DNA of 64,000 bases. Source: a virus. Its lineage: Duplodnaviria > Heunggongvirae > Uroviricota > Caudoviricetes. This document shows positions 58,887 through 64,000 of this stretch, one piece after another. The notes below the pieces were generated by a model, which was not told the origin of the DNA, searched no databases, and worked only from the letters and a program-made list of their open reading frames with translations. Where the stretch lies: IMG/VR virus record IMGVR_UViG_3300035698_035307, positions 87,521 to 151,520 of that record. One strand, 5' to 3'. Each line of letters opens with the position of its first letter. Within the stretch, counting starts at the first letter, position 1. The position numbers and the translations under genes were made by a program.

Positions 58887-59939
58887 CTAAAATTCCCCAT
58901 CAATTATGTTCAGAAAGTTTTCTCTAATCAGTAAAGCGTTATTTGAACCTACTTTCTTAGTTATAAACTTCTGTTCCTTTTTATCAAGCTTCATAAAATC
59001 TTCTCTGTTATCTTTCATAAAATCTTCGATAACATCTTTGTTCATATTACCCATAAGCATACCAAAATCCTTATCTGTAATAGTTCCAATCTTAGAGATA
59101 ACATTCTTCAGCCTATTCTCTGTCACATGACTGTCCATGATATCAAACAGCCTCTGAACCTCTTCAGAAACAATAACTTCCTCTTTTGGAACTCTATCTT
59201 TCTTAGGCTTCTTTGCAACTTCTGCAAATAGTTCATTCTTGTTCTTAAGAATAACTCTACTACCTGACCACATAAAATCTGGTTGTACAGGAATAATTAC
59301 ATTACCTTCACAGATATTCTCTACATCAATTTCTGGTAGACCTAATCTAGCAGGTATTGTAGACTTGTAAGCATTCTCATAAGCTAGACATTCTTCTAGC
59401 GTTCCTCTGAATAGAGGTTTCGTTCTAAATATATTACCAGCATCACATAATGTCGCGAATGTATCATAATCTACAAGTTCGCCATTGATTTTAATATCAA
59501 ATGCGTAAATATGATTATCAGGTGAGTAAAATACGCCTTTCTGACATCTTACTGCATGTGGACTTTTTGCTACTTCTGGATGGGGGTAAGAACCGCCAAA
59601 GATTTCACCATAAATTGTAAGTGTCTCAAGCTCAGGAGCTTCTTCTCCTTGTAGTGCAAGTTGATTACGCATAAGAGTAATAATATTCCAGATTTTTTCA
59701 ATGCCTGCTTTATTAGCTTCCATTACTACACCTGAATTATTAAATCCTTTCGGGTCATCAACAAAACCAGAACGCTTACCAGCTTTTAATTCATTACCAT
59801 CAAACCAAAGTGAAAAATTAGAGCCGTGTATTTTCTCGGTCACAACCCATTCGCCACCAGATTTACCTTGTTCTGCAATCTGATTTAGGAACTTAGTCCT
59901 ATAACTGTTTTCTATACTTGAAAATTTTGTAAATTCCAT
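58887..59939 (-). CDS. RNA ligase 2 (T4 Rnl2 family), 350 aa.
   Basis: N-terminus MEFTKFSSIENSYRTKFLNQIAEQGKSGGEWVVTEKIHGSNFSL is near-colinear with T4 Rnl2 MFKKYSSLENHYNSKF...GGEWVAREKIHGTNFSL (KxHG motif I). The C-terminal ...NVISKIGTITDKDFG... matches the Rnl2 C-domain. Confidence 0.85.
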   Translation of the reverse strand: MEFTKFSSIENSYRTKFLNQIAEQGKSGGEWVVTEKIHGSNFSLWFDGNELKAGKRSGFVDDPKGFNNSGVVMEANKAGIEKIWNIITLMRNQLALQGEEAPELETLTIYGEIFGGSYPHPEVAKSPHAVRCQKGVFYSPDNHIYAFDIKINGELVDYDTFATLCDAGNIFRTKPLFRGTLEECLAYENAYKSTIPARLGLPEIDVENICEGNVIIPVQPDFMWSGSRVILKNKNELFAEVAKKPKKDRVPKEEVIVSEEVQRLFDIMDSHVTENRLKNVISKIGTITDKDFGMLMGNMNKDVIEDFMKDNREDFMKLDKKEQKFITKKVGSNNALLIRENFLNIIDGEF

Positions 59940-60727
59940 TATATTTCAAAAAATTTAGATGTGCTATACTCTGGAGTTTCTCCATAACCTGCATAACCCA
60001 TTTGATTACTAACTACTTTTGTTCCATTTATTTCTGCATCAATATTCCTATGTGTATGACCATAAATCCAATGACTGATATCAAAATCGTGAATCCAATC
60101 AAAAAGTTCTACTACAAATCCAGCGTTAATTGGACTACCTTTAAAATCAGGATGATTAACCATCTGAGTAGGAGCATGATGCGTAACTACTACATTCTTT
60201 TCTCCTTTATGTTCTTCGAGTGCATCGTGCAAAAATCCTCTTGCTTCAAGGTGTAGTTTATTATACCTCATAGAGGTCAAAGGTTTTGGGTATTTTTGAT
60301 ACTCTTCCCAATACTTAATTACCCTGAAGTCGTTTAATCCTTTTGTGACATTCGTTATGTCATTATAATTACTCAAAGAAGACCACAGTGTAGTACAGAT
60401 AAAATTAACACCTTCAAATTTTACTATATCATTGTTAACTAACAATACATTTTCCCTAATCTTTTTATTGAGTTTAGGCTCTTTCAATAATTTATAATCT
60501 GCGTTATAATATTCATGGTTGCCAGGTATCATTATTACTAATTTCCACTTTTCAGAGAAATAATCAAAAATCTGGTCACTGTAATGTGAATCATTCATTT
60601 TTGTGATATCACCAGCAAGAACAAGTACATCACCGACAGGGATGATAGGATTATCTGATATCTCATCTCTGTTGGTGTACATTTCTAAATGTAAGTCTGA
60701 CGCGTATTGTATTTTTAATTTTGCCAT
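59939..60727 (-). CDS. Calcineurin-like metallophosphoesterase (262 aa); candidate 2',3'/3'-phosphate end-healing phosphatase.
   Basis: MPP motifs: SDLHLE (DxH), LAGDITK (GD), GNHEYY (GNHE), GHTHRN (GHxH). Confidence 0.75.
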   Translation of the reverse strand: MAKLKIQYASDLHLEMYTNRDEISDNPIIPVGDVLVLAGDITKMNDSHYSDQIFDYFSEKWKLVIMIPGNHEYYNADYKLLKEPKLNKKIRENVLLVNNDIVKFEGVNFICTTLWSSLSNYNDITNVTKGLNDFRVIKYWEEYQKYPKPLTSMRYNKLHLEARGFLHDALEEHKGEKNVVVTHHAPTQMVNHPDFKGSPINAGFVVELFDWIHDFDISHWIYGHTHRNIDAEINGTKVVSNQMGYAGYGETPEYSTSKFFEI

Positions 60728-60764
60728 AGTCTAATATACTAATTCTTTTTCAGAACCCAAAGTT

Positions 60765-61598
60765 TTAGGGCATTAAATTTAATAAAAAGTCTCTATCTTG
60801 AGATATGATAGGAATATCTACTGTTTCCCAAGCTGAACGTGTTATGCCAGTTGCTCTTGCAGAAATATCACCAGATGACATCATATCATAACTCTGTACA
60901 ACAACGTTGTCAACTCTTGTAATCTTCTTCACAAAACCACCACGTTTGAAACGTATTGGCTCATCATTCCAGTTAATTTTCTTTTCAAGCATTAACATAT
61001 CCTGCATGTCATTTGTCTTCTTGCCGTGTAATTCATTTTGGCTGAAGTACGCTTGAGCTAACATACTAATACTATTCCTTGTTGCATCTTGTTGTCTCCA
61101 AAGAAAATAGTTTACAACTTCTTCTTGGTTTGGAATTACAAATACTCTTGCATCAAATTCCGCAACTCTCATTGTACTTAATACTTTTGAGATATCAGTA
61201 CCGGGTTCTTGATTCCCTATAGCTCTAATATAGCGTAGTTGATTAAACTTACTCGTTGCCATAGAAGCAGCTACTGATACCATCTTTTGGATTTTATTAC
61301 CAAACCAAGCATCTGTCTCTAGCTTATCGTAGTCTGTTAATAGAAGTGATATTTCATCACTCTGAACATAACCACATTTACAGCCCTGAATATTCTTACA
61401 AAGATATTGAGTTGTTGCATCCATGTCATCATTTAATCCAGTATCATACGGTTTTTTAAGGCCACGAGTGTACGTGTGAAATGCCTTACCGTCAAGTCTG
61501 ATGATAATGTTTGTTCTGCGGGGCATAGTATGGTTAAATATACCTTCATAGAATGTTTTCATTCTGTCCCCTAAAGCGTCTTTTACTTTTTTTGCCAT
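60765..61598 (-). CDS. Thg1-like protein (tRNA-His guanylyltransferase family; 3'-5' nucleotidyltransferase), 277 aa.
   Basis: ...DRMKTFYEG...NIIIRLDGKAFHTYTRGLKKPYD...GYVQSDEISLLL...KMVSVAASMATSKF...FDARVFVIPNQEEVVNYFLWRQQD... is colinear with the Thg1 signatures VVVRLDGRNFHRF...KPND, GQSDEYSFVF, FDGRVVVYPS...YLSWRQAD. Confidence 0.7.
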   Translation of the reverse strand: MAKKVKDALGDRMKTFYEGIFNHTMPRRTNIIIRLDGKAFHTYTRGLKKPYDTGLNDDMDATTQYLCKNIQGCKCGYVQSDEISLLLTDYDKLETDAWFGNKIQKMVSVAASMATSKFNQLRYIRAIGNQEPGTDISKVLSTMRVAEFDARVFVIPNQEEVVNYFLWRQQDATRNSISMLAQAYFSQNELHGKKTNDMQDMLMLEKKINWNDEPIRFKRGGFVKKITRVDNVVVQSYDMMSSGDISARATGITRSAWETVDIPIISQDRDFLLNLMP

Positions 61599-61600
61599 AA

Positions 61601-62092
61601 TTATTTTAATTTACTGATGCTAAAATCTTCATTTAACTGAAGCTGATGGCCTTTCCATTTAGTCGGATTAACATCGAGCCATTCTTTAATATCTTTTTTT
61701 ACTGTTTTAATTCTATTTGCATTCCAGTCTTTAACTAAGTGGGCCAATACGTATTGCTTTGCTTTAATTTCATATGCTTCAGTATCAATATTCCATTTCT
61801 TAGCTTCAGATATAGCATACATCTCTGCAAGGTATTCATTAACATAAGATATCTCATGCCAACCTTCAGCGATGTGACCAATTTCATGTAGACATATTAA
61901 GAATGCTGTCCTGTTTTTAGGTACAGGAAGCATCACAGTCTTGCTGTCTTGGAATGCAATATAAGAAGCAGCATTCAAACTTTTATACCATTTCTTAACG
62001 TGAATGTCAAGACGTCGTATGTATAATCTGACTACTGCTTCATAAAAATCTGCTGTGTTATCGTATAAGTCTCTAGGACAATATTTGTTCAC
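61601..62092 (-). CDS. HExxH zinc-metallohydrolase-like protein (163 aa).
   Basis: LICLHEIGHIAEGWHE contains HExxH followed by a third His six residues on (metzincin/ImmA-like spacing is imperfect). Function unassigned. Confidence 0.35.
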   Translation of the reverse strand: MNKYCPRDLYDNTADFYEAVVRLYIRRLDIHVKKWYKSLNAASYIAFQDSKTVMLPVPKNRTAFLICLHEIGHIAEGWHEISYVNEYLAEMYAISEAKKWNIDTEAYEIKAKQYVLAHLVKDWNANRIKTVKKDIKEWLDVNPTKWKGHQLQLNEDFSISKLK

Positions 62093-63099
62093 TAGTTTTT
62101 ATATTTTGTAAACCATAACTTGAAATGTGATTTAACTTCTTCAGGAGTACTGTTAAGCATAAATCTCCTGTAAGCTTCTCCGAGAAAATTTTTATACCAA
62201 CCAATAACTTCACCTAATTGCTTACCTTTAAGATATGGATATAATTCCATAATAATACGACCATTAAATTTAGTTTTAATAAGCTGGTTCTCACCATCAG
62301 TCTTCTTAATCTTAGCAAGCTTTTCTAGAAAATTAGCTTCAGGAAAATACTCGTTAATCATTTGAATGTAATCTTCTTTATTCTTAGAAAATTCAAACTT
62401 ACTGATTGGTTTATGTTCATTAATATAAGTAAGGAATTGTTGATAAGTATCTCTCTTTGCATTACGCTTACGGTCAATATGATTAAGATTGTCCATCATG
62501 TAGTTTTCACCGTTAAAGTACTTACTACCAATGATATAATCAAAAATCTCTTGAACTGTATCAAATGTTTGAAGATATCTGTCATAATCAAGGCCAAGAA
62601 ATTCAAAAATCTTAGAATTATCTAAGCTGATTGTAATATCTTCACTAAGTCTACCATCATAATTTCTAAATGGATAAACTAAACCTTGAAAACCATATTT
62701 AAGTCCAAACTTATGAGCAAGTTTACCCATTAAGTTACCAGTTGGGTCAAAGTCAAAGAAACATTTTGCAGTTTCCCATCTGCTAGTTGGTTGAGGAATA
62801 ATATCAATTTGAAAAGCTTTGTATTCAAAACTAAAAACACCGCCGTTACAATGAACTGCGTGAACATCTTTAAATTCTGATTGAATTTTTTCTTTAATGT
62901 TTCCTAAGTTTCCTGAATTAAGAATTAAAAGGTCCATGTCACCATGACTCTCTTTTGTATTATATGCTCGAACATTATGAACTTCTGTATTAAAAAGTTT
63001 CTCAATACGAGGTTTAACTTCCTTTACGATTTCATTATATTCTGGAGTATCATAACGTCTTGTTTCAATACCATACTGCTTCATTGCTCTTCCACCCAT
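62092..63099 (-). CDS. Hypothetical protein (335 aa) with a possible minimal nucleotidyltransferase motif (hGDxD).
   Basis: ...NTKESHGDMDLLILNSG... resembles the Pol-beta-superfamily hG[GS]...DxD active site, but the upstream Gly-Ser is not canonical. Weak call. Confidence 0.25.
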   Translation of the reverse strand: MGGRAMKQYGIETRRYDTPEYNEIVKEVKPRIEKLFNTEVHNVRAYNTKESHGDMDLLILNSGNLGNIKEKIQSEFKDVHAVHCNGGVFSFEYKAFQIDIIPQPTSRWETAKCFFDFDPTGNLMGKLAHKFGLKYGFQGLVYPFRNYDGRLSEDITISLDNSKIFEFLGLDYDRYLQTFDTVQEIFDYIIGSKYFNGENYMMDNLNHIDRKRNAKRDTYQQFLTYINEHKPISKFEFSKNKEDYIQMINEYFPEANFLEKLAKIKKTDGENQLIKTKFNGRIIMELYPYLKGKQLGEVIGWYKNFLGEAYRRFMLNSTPEEVKSHFKLWFTKYKN

Positions 63100-63124
63100 T
63101 GTGAATTGTTTTAATGATTAATTA

Positions 63125-63182
63125 TAGGGTAAATATATAATAAATTCCTCAGAATCCAAAGTATTATCTGAGATTTACCCTA
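63125..63182. promoter_or_regulatory. Nested inverted repeat (10-bp outer arms tagggtaaat / atttacccta; 6-bp inner arms ctcaga / tctgag) in the intergenic region between the kinase and the 335-aa gene.
   Basis: Outer arms 63125-63134 and 63173-63182. Inner arms 63148-63153 and 63167-63172. Overlaps the kinase stop codon. No U-tract. Confidence 0.4.
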
Positions 63183-63606
63183 ATTTAATGTCAAATCTTT
63201 CTCTCATTCTTTCTAATGCTACTTCTGGTACACCGTGAGCGTTTACGCCACCATGTCTATTCTCAGTAATCAAAGAAACAACAATATAGTTATGCTTCTC
63301 AGCAAGTTTATAATAGTCTTTCAATTCTTTTTGAGTAGTAGAAGTATTGGCTACAAATACCTTCTCAGTACCTTCAATCATAGCATTCTCACATTTAGTT
63401 TGACATGCTTTATGTGCTGCACCTAATTTAGAAGCATCAAACATATATTTGCCACCTCTCATAAAATAGTCATCTGCAGTACAGACTGGGTATTTATAAG
63501 TCTCACCACCAAATTCAGAAGCTACTCCTGAATCAGCTAAAGCTTCAGCTGCTGTAGTTTTACCAGAACCTGGTATTCCTCTTATAATAAATAAAATATT
63601 TTTCAT
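63175..63606 (-). CDS. P-loop 5'-OH polynucleotide kinase (Pnk-like, AAA_33-type), 143 aa.
   Basis: Walker A ILFIIRGIPGSGKTTAAEALA at the N-terminus, as in the T4 Pnkp kinase domain (ILTIGCPGSGKSTWA). Small size and context within the RNA-repair cassette. Confidence 0.65.
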   Translation of the reverse strand: MKNILFIIRGIPGSGKTTAAEALADSGVASEFGGETYKYPVCTADDYFMRGGKYMFDASKLGAAHKACQTKCENAMIEGTEKVFVANTSTTQKELKDYYKLAEKHNYIVVSLITENRHGGVNAHGVPEVALERMRERFDIKLG

Positions 63607-63622
63607 TGTTTGTTATTTTAAG

Positions 63623-64000
63623 TTAACGTCCACCTGCATCACACAAGTTAAACTCCATAATTCCTTTAAAGTCAGGTAAGTTTTCAAAAGCTTCTAACTT
63701 AACCTTCTTCTTAATTTGTCCAGACTTGAACAAATGTGCTTTCATGTGATTTTTACACATTGCGTAAACTGTATCTTTATCAATACCTAAATCCATGAAC
63801 TTATCAATATGAGCATCAATGTATTTCAAAGAAACAATCTCATGTCCATAATGAGTAATTCTTTCTACACCATTCTTAACTCTTAATCTTGTAGTCTCTG
63901 GTTTTCCTAAATCATGGAAGATTGCAGAAACTAAAAGGTTAATATCACCTGGATAGTGAGTATCAGCAAAGTTGAAAACCAACTCAATGTGATTGTATAC
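63623..64000 (-). CDS. HD-domain phosphohydrolase, N-terminus outside the window (partial).
   Basis: ...THYPGDINLLVSAIFHDLGKPET...HYGHE... (H...HD...H motif). The ORF stays open to position 64000; the 63982 'start' in the ORF track is a TTG, not ATG. Its position directly upstream of the Pnk gene mirrors the HD-Pnk fusion order of Runella slithyformis. Confidence 0.6.
   Translation of the reverse strand, partial: VYNHIELVFNFADTHYPGDINLLVSAIFHDLGKPETTRLRVKNGVERITHYGHEIVSLKYIDAHIDKFMDLGIDKDTVYAMCKNHMKAHLFKSGQIKKKVKLEAFENLPDFKGIMEFNLCDAGGR

Noticed and set aside
7139-63426. All plus-strand ORFs in the track (60-131 aa; e.g. 7139..7513, 9131..9319, 10835..11071, 11377..11761, 14552..14767, 16143..16394, 23472..23702, 25459..25713, 29033..29344, 35583..35986, 37674..38057, 45840..46217, 50847..51209, 56364..56811, 56893..57432, 59701..59883, 62362..62625, 63235..63426)
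   Set aside because: Each lies entirely inside a longer minus-strand gene with motif support or coherent operon context. Translations are low-complexity (Leu/Ser/Ile-rich) as expected from antisense reading of AT-rich coding DNA. No recognisable motifs.
63982-63982. Apparent start codon of the HD-domain ORF at 63982
   Set aside because: The base triplet is TTG, reported as Met by the ORF tool. The reading frame remains open to the window edge (…VYNHIELVFNF…), so the gene is 5'-partial rather than starting here.
1-64000. CRISPR arrays, integrase/attachment sites, IS elements or prophage borders
   Set aside because: No regularly spaced direct repeats. No tyrosine/serine recombinase or transposase motifs in any frame. 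No flanking host genes. The window is internal phage DNA.

Overview
This 64-kb, AT-rich window looks like part of a large virulent tailed phage with myovirus-type baseplate genes. Every credible gene is on the minus strand, so transcription runs from high to low coordinate. Genes are tightly packed or overlap by 4 nt, with no Shine-Dalgarno sequences and no integrase or host genes. A phage-encoded ribosomal protein bS21, a tandem S1-domain protein, the absence of Shine-Dalgarno sequences and a Runella-type HD plus Pnk arrangement together suggest a Bacteroidetes (Flavobacteriia-like) host; this is an inference. Modules from high to low coordinate are as follows. (1) 64.0-58.9 kb is an RNA end-healing and sealing cassette: HD phosphoesterase, P-loop 5'-OH polynucleotide kinase, NTase-like protein, HExxH protein, Thg1-like 3'-5' nucleotidyltransferase, calcineurin-like phosphoesterase and a T4 Rnl2-like RNA ligase. 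This is the most interesting system in the window. (2) 58.8-56.6 kb is an NfeD plus flotillin/SPFH membrane-protein operon. (3) 56.5-54.3 kb holds small ORFs and a NUDIX hydrolase. (4) 54.3-48.9 kb holds a DnaJ-like J-protein, bS21, PhoH, NAD-dependent DNA ligase, a HAD-like hydrolase and dCMP deaminase. (5) 47.9-34.8 kb holds five very large tail-fibre or receptor-binding proteins sharing repeated peptide modules. (6) 33.9-32.9 kb is a patatin-like phospholipase. (7) 32.7-18.4 kb is a baseplate and tail module: LysM gpX-like, gp5/gpV-like spike, gp25/gpW-like, gp6/gpJ-like and an amidoligase-like protein, interrupted by the S1-domain protein. (8) 18.1-0 kb holds giant structural proteins and a fibre ending in an S74 intramolecular-chaperone domain, truncated by the window edge. 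On the minus strand, several rho-independent terminators are followed by a recurring G(G/C)GATATATAAT-type element, and an exact 20-mer repeat sits just upstream of two start codons. All function calls rest on motifs read by eye from the ORF translations; no database searches were run.
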